Of a DNA stretch of 64,000 nucleotides, positions 45,204 to 53,558 are shown one piece after another (position 1 is the stretch's first letter; the number at the start of each line of letters is the position of its first letter). The notes under the pieces were generated by a model. It worked only from the letters and a program-made list of their open reading frames with translations, did not search any database and was not told where the DNA came from. A program made the translations under genes and the position numbers. Source of the stretch: Candidatus Aldehydirespiratoraceae bacterium (GTDB taxonomy: Bacteria > Actinomycetota > Acidimicrobiia > Acidimicrobiales > Aldehydirespiratoraceae); contig OZ243951.1 in the NCBI GenBank assembly GCA_965214565.1, positions 1,017-65,016 on the forward strand, read 5' to 3'.

Positions 45204-45334
45204 GCGGATTCTCCTGAACGCAGGGTGAGGTAGAGGGCGGAGTAGTCCGTGGCCACGAGATTGACTCCCGCGTCGAGCGGCGTGGACGCCATCGCAAGAC
45301 CCATCGCGCCGAGTCCGAACTGCACGACGCGCAT
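45200..45334 (-). pseudogene. 44-codon relic of a beta-hydroxyacid (HIBADH/6PGDH-type) dehydrogenase N-terminus
   Basis: Hand translation gives MRVVQFGLGAMGLAMASTPLDAGVNLVATDYSALYLTLRSGESA*. This is a GxGxxG Rossmann N-terminus like MKIGFIGLGNMGxPMAxNLxKAG, which then degenerates. Its TGA overlaps the ALDH ATG (ATGA at 45200-45203). Confidence 0.45.
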
Positions 45335-45340
45335 TGTGTC

Positions 45341-47806
45341 CTACCCCCGTGGCCGTGCGTGGTCGGGGTCATAGACCCCGTGTTGGTGGCGGACCGCGGG
45401 CAGGTGGGCGCCGTAGCCGTCGATCGTGAACCCGTCGATGGTGTGGGCGTGGCGGCCTTCGACGTAGCCGAGACAGATCCGCTCGCCGGTGCGGAAGCCC
45501 ATCGACGCCGAGGTTACGAACCCGACCGCCTCGCCAGCGACCCGGATCGGGGCCGAAGGCTGCGGATTGCCCTCGGGCGCGGGCATCGTGGAGGTGTCGA
45601 CGGTCCACACGCCGTAGCTCCAGTCGATCGGCCTATTGGCCATTGCTTTGACTGATTCGCAGCCGATGAAGTCGGGCTTGTCCAGATCGAGGAATCGGTC
45701 GAGGCCGACATCGAAGGGCGTGTACTCCACGCCGAACTCACTCCCCCACCCGTGGTAGCCCTTCTCGACGCGCATGGCGTTGAGGGCGTAGGAGCCGAAG
45801 TCGCGCAGCCCGAGATCGGCGCCTTCAGCATGGAGGGCTTGATAGAGCTTGACAAGGTCGGCGTCGTCGACGTGGAGTTCCCAGCCGAGCTCGCCGACGA
45901 AACTGACCCGCAGGGCGGTGGCCATTACGCCGGCGATCTCGATCTCGCGCAGCGACATCCACGGTGCCGCTGCCTTCGAGAGGTCGGCGTCGGTCAGCCG
46001 GGACAGAAGCTCACGAGAGTTCGGCCCCATCACCATCAAGGTCGAGGTGCGCTCGGTGCCAAATTTGACTTCAACCGAGCCGTCGGCGGGTAGGTGGCGC
46101 TGGAGCCAGTCGAGATCGCGCTCACGAGCCGCGGTCGGACCGAGCCAGAGGAATTGGTCGTCGGCGAATCGTCCGATCGTGGCCTCGCTCCACACCGTGC
46201 CGTTCGGGCGCAGCAAATAGGACAGCCGTACCCGACCCAGCGCGGGTAGCCGGGTACAGACCATGCGGTCGAGGAAGCCCGCCGCACCAGGGCCGGAGAT
46301 CTCGTAGCGGGTGAAGCCGCCGTGATCCATGATGCCAACGTGATCGCGCACCGCCCGGCACTCCTCGGCAACTGCGTCGTGCCAGTGCTCGTCGCGGTAG
46401 CTCAGCGTGTCATGGGAGTACTCCTGCGCGCCGAACCAGAACGCCCGCTCCCAGCCGGCGATCTGGCCCATCCGGGCACCCTTGGCGGCGAGCGTGTCGT
46501 AGAGCGCAGTCTTTTGGACCGGCCGAGCCGAGGTCCACATTCGGTGCGGGAAGGGGGCGCCGTATTGGTGCTCGAACATCTCGCGCGCGCGGGTGTTGGC
46601 GTAGGAACCGCGTCCCGAGCCGGTGAGCGCCCAGTCGCCGAAGCGGCGGGGATCCCAGGGCCACACGTCCCACTCGGTGTCGCCGCCGGTGATCATCTCG
46701 GTGAGGACCTTGCCGACCGCGGCGGCGTGGGTGATGCCGATCTGCACTCCGACCGCTTGGTAGAAGCCATCGACACCGGGAGCGGGGCCGATCATCGGGT
46801 TCATGTCGGGCGTATAGGTGATCGGGCCGTTGACGAACTCGGCGATGCCGACCTCGCCGAGCAGCGGCACATGGGCCATCGCCAGCTCGGCGATCTCGGC
46901 GATGCCCTCGTCGTCGGGAGCGAAGAGCGAGGCGTCGAATACGTCGGGCTTGACGTCCTCCCACACGGTGCGGCCCTCATGGCCGTAGTTGCCGAACAGC
47001 AGCCGGTCGTTCTCGCGCCGGAGGTAGAACATGATCTCCGGGTCGCGCACGAGCGGAAACACGTCGGTGTTAGCGACCAGCTCCGGCACGGTACCGGTGA
47101 CGAGGTACTGGTGTTCGAGCACGGCGAGCGGCACCTCCATGCCGGCCATCGCCGAGATCTCGGCGCCGTAGAACCCGGCTGCGTTGATGACGATGTCGCA
47201 CTCGATCGCGTAGTTCTCGTCCTCGCGCTCGACGTGGACCCGCCAACGGGCGTCGGTACCATCGAGCCGGTCGATGGCGACCACGCGCGAGTGCCGTCGT
47301 ACCTCGGCGCCCATGGCGCGGGAGCGGCGGGCGAGGGACTGAGTCAGACCGCTCGGATCGATATCGCCCTCGTAGGGATCGAGCAGGCCGGCGATCACAG
47401 TGCCGTCGTCTGACCAGTATGGGTGCATCGCCTCCATCTCGGCGGGCGATACGATTTCGAGGTCGAAGCCGAGTCCGGTGGCGATCGCGACGAGATGGTG
47501 GAAGTGATCGATCCGACTGTCGGTATGGCCCGGCCAGAACGCCTTGGTGTGGCGATAAGTGATCGGGTCGCTGGGGTCCTTGGCCAGCTCCGAGTAGACC
47601 CGCCACGCATAGTTGCCGGCTCGCTGACCGAGCCAGCTGTTGGAGAACGTGGGAACGTTGCCCGCGGCGTGCCACGTCGACCCGGCCGTCAGCTCGTGCT
47701 TCTCGATCAGCACCGAGTCGGTGCGGTCAGCCTGGGCGAGATGCCACTGAATTGAGGTCCCGACGGCACCGCCACCGATGACGGCGATCTCGAAACGATC
47801 GGTCAT
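45341..47806 (-). CDS. FAD-dependent oxidoreductase fused to a GcvT-type folate-binding domain (dimethylglycine/sarcosine dehydrogenase family)
   Basis: N-terminal IAVIGGGAVGTS dinucleotide fold (DAO type) and a C-terminal aminomethyltransferase-like half. 821 aa. ATGA overlap with the mttB-like stop (47803-47806). Confidence 0.85.
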   Translation of the reverse strand: MTDRFEIAVIGGGAVGTSIQWHLAQADRTDSVLIEKHELTAGSTWHAAGNVPTFSNSWLGQRAGNYAWRVYSELAKDPSDPITYRHTKAFWPGHTDSRIDHFHHLVAIATGLGFDLEIVSPAEMEAMHPYWSDDGTVIAGLLDPYEGDIDPSGLTQSLARRSRAMGAEVRRHSRVVAIDRLDGTDARWRVHVEREDENYAIECDIVINAAGFYGAEISAMAGMEVPLAVLEHQYLVTGTVPELVANTDVFPLVRDPEIMFYLRRENDRLLFGNYGHEGRTVWEDVKPDVFDASLFAPDDEGIAEIAELAMAHVPLLGEVGIAEFVNGPITYTPDMNPMIGPAPGVDGFYQAVGVQIGITHAAAVGKVLTEMITGGDTEWDVWPWDPRRFGDWALTGSGRGSYANTRAREMFEHQYGAPFPHRMWTSARPVQKTALYDTLAAKGARMGQIAGWERAFWFGAQEYSHDTLSYRDEHWHDAVAEECRAVRDHVGIMDHGGFTRYEISGPGAAGFLDRMVCTRLPALGRVRLSYLLRPNGTVWSEATIGRFADDQFLWLGPTAARERDLDWLQRHLPADGSVEVKFGTERTSTLMVMGPNSRELLSRLTDADLSKAAAPWMSLREIEIAGVMATALRVSFVGELGWELHVDDADLVKLYQALHAEGADLGLRDFGSYALNAMRVEKGYHGWGSEFGVEYTPFDVGLDRFLDLDKPDFIGCESVKAMANRPIDWSYGVWTVDTSTMPAPEGNPQPSAPIRVAGEAVGFVTSASMGFRTGERICLGYVEGRHAHTIDGFTIDGYGAHLPAVRHQHGVYDPDHARPRG

Positions 47807-49308
47807 GGACGCTCCGGGAGATGGATCGGGAAGGCCGATCGAATCGCGGCCTCGTTCGTAGGACCGAGATGGTCGGGGCGGCCAGCGGCCAGAATCTGCG
47901 CAACCTGCTCACCCGCTCGGTCCCACAAACTCGGCTCACCCGCCGACACCCACTCGTCAACAGATCGACGATCGCCGAGTTCGGGATAGACGTACTCGCT
48001 GCGCATCAGCTCGAGAGTATGCGAGCTCCCCAGGTAGTGGCCCTCACCGCCGACGACTTCTTCGATGATCGCGAGGTCGAGATAGGCCGGATCGACCTCA
48101 ACCCCGCGGACCGAACGCAAGATGGCACCGCACATGTCGCTGTCGATCACCAAGCTCTCGGGGCTGGCGACCATGATCGATCCGAGCATGCCGACTGACA
48201 GCTGCACCATGTCGGCGCCGGCGTGCGCCGCGAGCGAGACGGTGTAGCCCTTCTCGTACCCTGCCTGGTTGTCGGCCGCCTTCGACTCAGTAATGCCAGC
48301 CGATACCGCGTGCGGAATGTCGAGATCACGCAGCAGCTGCGCTGCGGCAGCCGAGACGACCGCTGCCTCGCCGCTGCCACCCGTCATAGCTCCGGTGCGG
48401 AGGTCGGAAATGAACGGCATGAAGGCATGGATGCACGGATGGCCGGGCCTGATGGCATCGGCGAGCGCCACGCCAGCGAGGATTTCGGCCAGCCCCTGGG
48501 CCAGCGAGCCCGCGAGCGACGGCGGCGATGTGGCGCCGGCCTGGCCGGCCGAGCACGTCTGCACGATCATCCCGCGTTCGATCGCCCGCTCCATGATCTC
48601 GCAACCCTCCGGCGAGAATCGCAGCGGCGGGACGACATGCACGACAACCGCCATCGAGAACGGCTGCGCAGCGAAACGTCCGGGACTGCCAAGCGCCATG
48701 TCGAACAGGTCGACTACCGGATCGACGGTGGCCGCTGAGGTAAAGCTCAGGCCGGTCGGTTTGGCAGTGGCGGCGGTGACGGCGAAGGCGGTGTTGAGAT
48801 CGAGTTCGAGCGGATCGAGGACGTCGCGGGCGATGAGGGGTCGAAGCCCATAATGGATGTTCGGCATCTCGTCGACGACGCGCATCATGGTCCACACATC
48901 GCTGAGCTGCGACTCGCGGTAGGTGCCGGACCTAGCGTCGAGTACCTGCACCGCGGCGCCACCGGTCCCGATGTGCACTCTGCCGCCCCCGATCGACACG
49001 CCGAGCTCCTCGGTAAAGCCCGGGAGCGACACGGTCGACGGGGCCCGGTCGAGCGCAGCTTCGACCATGGTCCGAGAAAGGAGGAGCCGCCCGTCGTCGC
49101 GGCGACGGGCCCCGGTTGACAGCAGCAAGTCGGCGTACGGTCCGGGAGCATCGGCCATCCCGACCGTTTCAAGCATCTCGAAGGCATGTTCGACGATCCG
49201 ATCACGGTCCGGATCGTCGAGCGGACGGTATGCACCACCGGCGGGCGCCGGTGTGACTCGGTGGCTCGGAGGCTGAGCCGACGGCGTGCGGTTGCGTCGC
49301 CGTGCCAT
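47803..49308 (-). CDS. MttB-superfamily (non-pyrrolysine) methyltransferase
   Basis: YRPLDDPDRDRIVEHAFEMLETVG, HIGTGGAAVQVLD and YRESQLSD...NIHYGLRPLIARD parallel the trimethylamine methyltransferase family proteins of aerobic bacteria. There is no in-frame stop that could be read as Pyl. Confidence 0.82.
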   Translation of the reverse strand: MARRRNRTPSAQPPSHRVTPAPAGGAYRPLDDPDRDRIVEHAFEMLETVGMADAPGPYADLLLSTGARRRDDGRLLLSRTMVEAALDRAPSTVSLPGFTEELGVSIGGGRVHIGTGGAAVQVLDARSGTYRESQLSDVWTMMRVVDEMPNIHYGLRPLIARDVLDPLELDLNTAFAVTAATAKPTGLSFTSAATVDPVVDLFDMALGSPGRFAAQPFSMAVVVHVVPPLRFSPEGCEIMERAIERGMIVQTCSAGQAGATSPPSLAGSLAQGLAEILAGVALADAIRPGHPCIHAFMPFISDLRTGAMTGGSGEAAVVSAAAAQLLRDLDIPHAVSAGITESKAADNQAGYEKGYTVSLAAHAGADMVQLSVGMLGSIMVASPESLVIDSDMCGAILRSVRGVEVDPAYLDLAIIEEVVGGEGHYLGSSHTLELMRSEYVYPELGDRRSVDEWVSAGEPSLWDRAGEQVAQILAAGRPDHLGPTNEAAIRSAFPIHLPERP

Positions 49309-49433
49309 CAGGATCCAGCGAGTCGGGTAACGGTCGCCAACATCTGTTCGATCTCGGCGCGCGTGTTGTAGTGACTGGCGGACACCCGCACGCAGTTCTC
49401 GAGCCCAGCGAGGAGATCGGGATCGAAGGTCAC
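49308..49433 (-). pseudogene. relic of the C-terminus of a class-V (fold-type-I) aminotransferase-like gene
   Basis: Hand translation in the frame ending TGA at 49310-49308 gives (V)TFDPDLLAGLENCVRVSASHYNTRAEIEQMLATVTRLAGS*. The VRxSxxxYNTxxEI motif is the characteristic C-terminal motif of class-V enzymes. The frame is closed by a TGA at 49457-49455. Its stop abuts the mttB-like ATG (TGATG). Confidence 0.45.
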
Positions 49434-50836
49434 GTGCGGACAGCTTTCAGGGTGTCATCGAGTGCGCCGGCAAGGCGCCTTGTGGCCTCCTCGATCTCGT
49501 CCGTTTCGATGATCAGCGGAGGCATGAAGCTGATGCGATCAGGGGCGATCGTACGGAGGTAGAGACCGCGGTCGTGGGCGTGATCCTGCACCTGTTGTCC
49601 AACCTTCAACCGAGGATCGAAGAGCGTGCGGGTTGCCTTGTCCGCGACCAGCTGGATGCCGCAGAACAGCCCGACCCCTCGGACGTCCCCGACCAGCGGA
49701 TGATCAAGGAGTGCCTCACATCCGGCGAGAAAACCAGGTGACACCAAGCGAACGTGACCGATAATGTCGATGTCGTCATAGATGCTCAGCGTCTCCAGAG
49801 CGATGGCGGCACCGACCGGGTGGCCGGAGTACGTATAGCCGTGGCCCAGTACCCCCACCTCGTCCGCATTGGACTGCAGGTCCTCGTAGAGCTCCTCCTT
49901 GAACAGCAGCGCGGACATCGGGAAGAACCCTGCGGTGAGGGCCTTGGCGCACGACACGGTGTCGGGTTCGAGGTCCCACGTCTCGCTTCCCCAGCGATTT
50001 CCGGTTCGGCCAAAGCCACACACAACTTCATCAACATGGAAGTGGATGCCGTACTTCTTCAGAATCGCCTGCATTCGCGGCCAGTAACCCTCGGGGGGCT
50101 TAATGGCGCCACCCCCCGACTGCATGGGCTCGGCTGCGAACGCGGCAACCGAAGCCGGCCCGGCGTCGAGGATCACGCGCTCGAGGTCGCCGGCCATGCG
50201 TTCCGAGAATTCCTCTTCTGTCTCTCCATCGTGATGGGCGAGGTAGTAGTTCGGCGTCTCGGTCTTGACGAAACCGTCGAGGGGAAGGCCGAACTTCGCG
50301 TGCATGTGGGGCTGCCCCGACAAACTCACCGACGCCACGGTGTTGCCGTAGTAGCCGCGCCAGCGCGAGATGAACACTCGGCGGTCAGACTCGCCCCTCG
50401 CCGTGTTGCGGGCCCATAGGAACTTAATCAGCGTGTCGGTCGCCTCTGAGCCGCTGCACTGAAAGATGACGCGCGACATGTCCCCGGGGGCAAGACCCAC
50501 TAGGCGGTCCGCGAGCTCGGCGACTTTGGGGTGGGTGCGCCCGTAGAACGTCGGCGCGTACGGCAGTGTGGAGAGTTGCCGATGTGCCGCGATGGCGATG
50601 CGTTCATTGTCGTATCCCAGTGAGGTGCAACCAAGACCCGAGAAGCCATCGATCACATGTCGCCCGTCGTCCGTTGTGATCCAAACGCCATTGCCTTCCA
50701 CGACCATGGCCGTTGGGCCCTGCTCGGTGTGCTGACGAAGGTCGGTCTGGCCGTGAACGTGTCGACACGCATCAACAGATCGGAGGTCGATAGCACTCGG
50801 CATTGCCCCATTGTCGCGGGAGGACAGTTGAGCCAC
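49430..50836 (-). CDS. class-III (omega) aminotransferase
   Basis: GFSGLGCTSLGY, FICSGSEA-like (FQCSGSEATD), HVDEVVCGFGRTG and SCAKALT (PLP Lys). 468 aa from a GTG start; an ATG at 50803 is an alternative start. Confidence 0.9.
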   Translation of the reverse strand: MAQLSSRDNGAMPSAIDLRSVDACRHVHGQTDLRQHTEQGPTAMVVEGNGVWITTDDGRHVIDGFSGLGCTSLGYDNERIAIAAHRQLSTLPYAPTFYGRTHPKVAELADRLVGLAPGDMSRVIFQCSGSEATDTLIKFLWARNTARGESDRRVFISRWRGYYGNTVASVSLSGQPHMHAKFGLPLDGFVKTETPNYYLAHHDGETEEEFSERMAGDLERVILDAGPASVAAFAAEPMQSGGGAIKPPEGYWPRMQAILKKYGIHFHVDEVVCGFGRTGNRWGSETWDLEPDTVSCAKALTAGFFPMSALLFKEELYEDLQSNADEVGVLGHGYTYSGHPVGAAIALETLSIYDDIDIIGHVRLVSPGFLAGCEALLDHPLVGDVRGVGLFCGIQLVADKATRTLFDPRLKVGQQVQDHAHDRGLYLRTIAPDRISFMPPLIIETDEIEEATRRLAGALDDTLKAVRT

Positions 50837-50905
50837 AATCGAAACTTATGCCATTATCGATGAGCTATGCTCAACTAATGTCCAGTCCGATATTGGATAT
50901 TTCGC

Positions 50906-50966
50906 GGATTTTGCGAGCGTCGCGGCGGACTGACGACCTAACGCCCCCAGAGCCTGCGCAAAATCC
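50906..50966. promoter_or_regulatory. 10-bp perfect inverted repeat in the rsfS/aminotransferase intergenic region
   Basis: GGATTTTGCG (50906-50915) and CGCAAAATCC (50957-50966) are separated by 41 nt. An AT-rich tract with AATATC-c-AATATC direct repeats (minus sense) follows toward the operon start. Confidence 0.35.
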
Positions 50967-51006
50967 AGAGTGAATCAGTGTGACGCATCGGGAACTCACC
51001 CGCGGT

Positions 51007-51387
51007 TCAGGAAGGATCGGCGGGTTGCGCGGTCCAGTCGAGGCGGGCACGGTCGCCCCAGAGACGTTCGAGCTGATAGAAGTCGCGCTGCTCAGAACCG
51101 AACACATGCACCACGAACGCGCCGTAGTCCATAAGCACCCACTCCCGCTCCTCCTTTCCCTCGACACGCAGCGGAGAAGGCCCTCCGGCAAGTTTCACCT
51201 CGTGCTCGATCGCATCCACAACCGCATTCACCTGACGAGGATTGGCAGCGCTGGTGATCACGAAGTGGTCGGTAACCGCAAGCACATCGCCCACATCGAT
51301 GATCAGCGTGTCGATAGCCTTGCGGTCGTCGGCAACGACCGCGGCCAACCTTGCCCATCTGAGATGGTCCTCGTTGCTCCGGCTCAC
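51007..51387 (-). CDS. rsfS: ribosome silencing factor RsfS
   Basis: DHFVITSAANPRQVNAVVDAI...WVLMDYGAFVVHVF...FYQLERLW matches the iojap/RsfS pattern. 126 aa. Confidence 0.9.
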   Translation of the reverse strand: MSRSNEDHLRWARLAAVVADDRKAIDTLIIDVGDVLAVTDHFVITSAANPRQVNAVVDAIEHEVKLAGGPSPLRVEGKEEREWVLMDYGAFVVHVFGSEQRDFYQLERLWGDRARLDWTAQPADPS

Positions 51388-52658
51388 GAACCGACCCAGT
51401 CCAAGCCTACGGTGACGGTGAGGTCAACCGGCCGGTTCAAGTCCTCGACGAATACCGCGGAGGCTCCTATCGCCTCCGCCAAAGCTATTGCCGCATGCTG
51501 GTGGTCGGCGAGGTGATAGGCGACCGTCGTAGTTGCCACCCCGAAAGCTGGAGCATTGCCGAGCACGGTGACTTCCGCGCCTGCATCAACAAGGCGCGGC
51601 AGCATCTGGTCTCCCACCCCGGCGCCGGTGCCGTCGAGCAGGCTCACCGAGGGGCGCGCACCGAGGTGCGAACCGATCGGCAGTGGCACCATCTGACGCG
51701 CCAGGCTCTCCAACTGCGCCTTCTGCTCGTCGTTCTGGACATAGAACGGAGGATCGTCGCCCCCGAACGACACTGCCACCAGAGGCAGAACCTCCAAACG
51801 TCGAGAGCCGGCACCCAACGAACGCAGGTACGTCGACAATCCGTCCTCGAACGGCAGTGTGGCACCGGCAAGGTCATCAGCGCCGCCGACAAGAGAAAGC
51901 CACACCTCCCACAATTCGACCTGACGCTGCGTGCGGTTCGAGTCGAATTCGCCGTCGTTGAGCCACCCGTAGACCTCCGCGGCCTGCGTCCCGCTCAAAT
52001 GGTGGACCCCAGATCGATACGCGGTCTCCACGAACCCCTGGGCATCGACTGATACGAGGTCGTCATCAAGCACCACCGGAAGCGGCTCAACCAAGCGCAA
52101 CCAACCGCCCAACTCTGAGGTGGTGATCTCCATCGTCTCTCTGAAGCCGAACCCGAAGAGGTCGCCCACCACCCTGCTCAGGCCGGCGATCCCCGATGCC
52201 TCATAGACTTCACGAACGAACACCGCGTCGGCAGGATCGTCGGTCGGCTCGAGGAGGGACTCGGCGCTGATCAACACCGCGGTGCCGCCCTGGTCCAGCA
52301 CAGTCTGAGCCAGAACCGTGATTCCCACCAGATCGCCGTCATCGCTGAGATGAGCGATCAGCATCGTCGGAGTGGGATCGACGAACGCTTGGTAACCCGG
52401 CGCCGTCGGGTCAGTGATGGTCTCGATCCGCTCACCGTCATTGGAGTCGAGCACGAGTCTGGTTCCGTCGCTCCACACTGCGAACACCAGCGCCGCGGCG
52501 GCAACGACCAGGATAGGAAACACCAGACCCCAGAAGGGGTGCGGACTCGGCGCGGGCCGCTTGCCGCTGGTGCGGACTGTGGGGGTTGGATCCGGTTGTT
52601 CGATCGTCGTTTCGCGCAGCCGCGGTTCTGGGTCCGCTGTCTGGGTGGCCGAGTTCAC
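51384..52658 (-). CDS. membrane protein with a LytR_C (LytR/CpsA/Psr C-terminal) domain
   Basis: One TM helix (FWGLVFPILVVAAAALVFAV). C-terminal VSLLDGTGAGVGDQMLPRLVDAGAEVTVLGNA...TTVAYH matches the LytR_C pattern. Conserved position between nadD and rsfS. Start set at GTG 52658 (GTGA overlap with the nadD stop); the ORF extends to 52808. Confidence 0.6.
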   Translation of the reverse strand: MNSATQTADPEPRLRETTIEQPDPTPTVRTSGKRPAPSPHPFWGLVFPILVVAAAALVFAVWSDGTRLVLDSNDGERIETITDPTAPGYQAFVDPTPTMLIAHLSDDGDLVGITVLAQTVLDQGGTAVLISAESLLEPTDDPADAVFVREVYEASGIAGLSRVVGDLFGFGFRETMEITTSELGGWLRLVEPLPVVLDDDLVSVDAQGFVETAYRSGVHHLSGTQAAEVYGWLNDGEFDSNRTQRQVELWEVWLSLVGGADDLAGATLPFEDGLSTYLRSLGAGSRRLEVLPLVAVSFGGDDPPFYVQNDEQKAQLESLARQMVPLPIGSHLGARPSVSLLDGTGAGVGDQMLPRLVDAGAEVTVLGNAPAFGVATTTVAYHLADHQHAAIALAEAIGASAVFVEDLNRPVDLTVTVGLDWVGS

Positions 52659-53311
52659 CGAGCGCTCCCGTAGAGACCATTCGACATCACGTAGTCGATC
52701 ACCCCGGGTGGGACGAGCGCCTGGACCGGCCGCCCGTTGCGCAAGCGGTTGCGAATGTCGGTGGAGGATATCTCCAGGGCAGGCACCTCCACCACGAGGT
52801 GCTCCCAACCCTCAGGGGGTCGGCCCCCGGTATTTCCGCCGCGTTCTGCGACAACCGTCGTCGCCAGCCGCTGAACGTCTTCGGGACGCTCCCAGGTGTC
52901 GAGACTCGCAGCAATGTCAGAACCCACGACAACAAACAACTCAGCAGCGCCGGTCTCCGAGTCTGTCCCAGAGGCCAGGGCGGCGAGCGTGTCGGCGGTG
53001 TAGGTCTCTCCACCACGCTGTATCTCTTGATCGCCGGCTTCGAGCACAACCGCGCCGACTGTCTCGTTCGCCGCCGACACCGCCACCTGGACCATCTCCA
53101 AACGGAACCGCGCAGGCGTCACGGAGTTGAACACAGTCTTCTGCCAAGGATCATTGGCGACGACCAGCAGCATCCGGTCGAGTTCGAGTTGATGCCGCAC
53201 CTCCAAGGCGATCGCCAGATGACCGAAATGAATCGGGTCGAACGTCCCACCAAAGACACCGATTCGCTGCGGTGTATCCTGCTCCACGGCCCAGAGTCTA
53301 GGGTTGTGCAC
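52655..53311 (-). CDS. nadD: nicotinate-nucleotide adenylyltransferase
   Basis: GVFGGTFDPIHFGHL (H/TxGH motif) and a C-terminal ISSTDIR motif. 218 aa. Confidence 0.9.
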   Translation of the reverse strand: MHNPRLWAVEQDTPQRIGVFGGTFDPIHFGHLAIALEVRHQLELDRMLLVVANDPWQKTVFNSVTPARFRLEMVQVAVSAANETVGAVVLEAGDQEIQRGGETYTADTLAALASGTDSETGAAELFVVVGSDIAASLDTWERPEDVQRLATTVVAERGGNTGGRPPEGWEHLVVEVPALEISSTDIRNRLRNGRPVQALVPPGVIDYVMSNGLYGSAR

Positions 53312-53558
53312 CCGCGGACCGTAGTCGGGTCACCAAACTGCGCTCCATAGCCGACGTGACAGAAGTCATATCAGTACCTCGTGACATCTCGGCCTGAATG
53401 GTGTCTAATAGCATACGGCTAGGCCGGAAAGCGGCGCGGATTCAACAAGATCGCGAGCAGACGGTACCTCAGCCCGCCCCAATACGACCCCCAGGCCCCC
53501 AGCCTGAACTACCGGGAAGAGCGCGTGCGCCGATCCCACCGAGTGAGATTCAAGATTC

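Noticed and set aside
41326-50836. The hypothesis that the catabolic operon is a tRNA-Ala-integrated genomic island.
   Set aside because: There is no integrase or recombinase gene. I found no direct repeat of the tRNA 3' end (…GGTTCAATTCCCCTTAGCTCCA) near 50.8-51.0 kb. Codon and GC character look like the rest of the window.
53381-53411. A possible promoter for the sigma factor gene (GTGACA ... TAATAG).
   Set aside because: The spacer is 19 nt and neither hexamer is strong. This is not enough to call a promoter.
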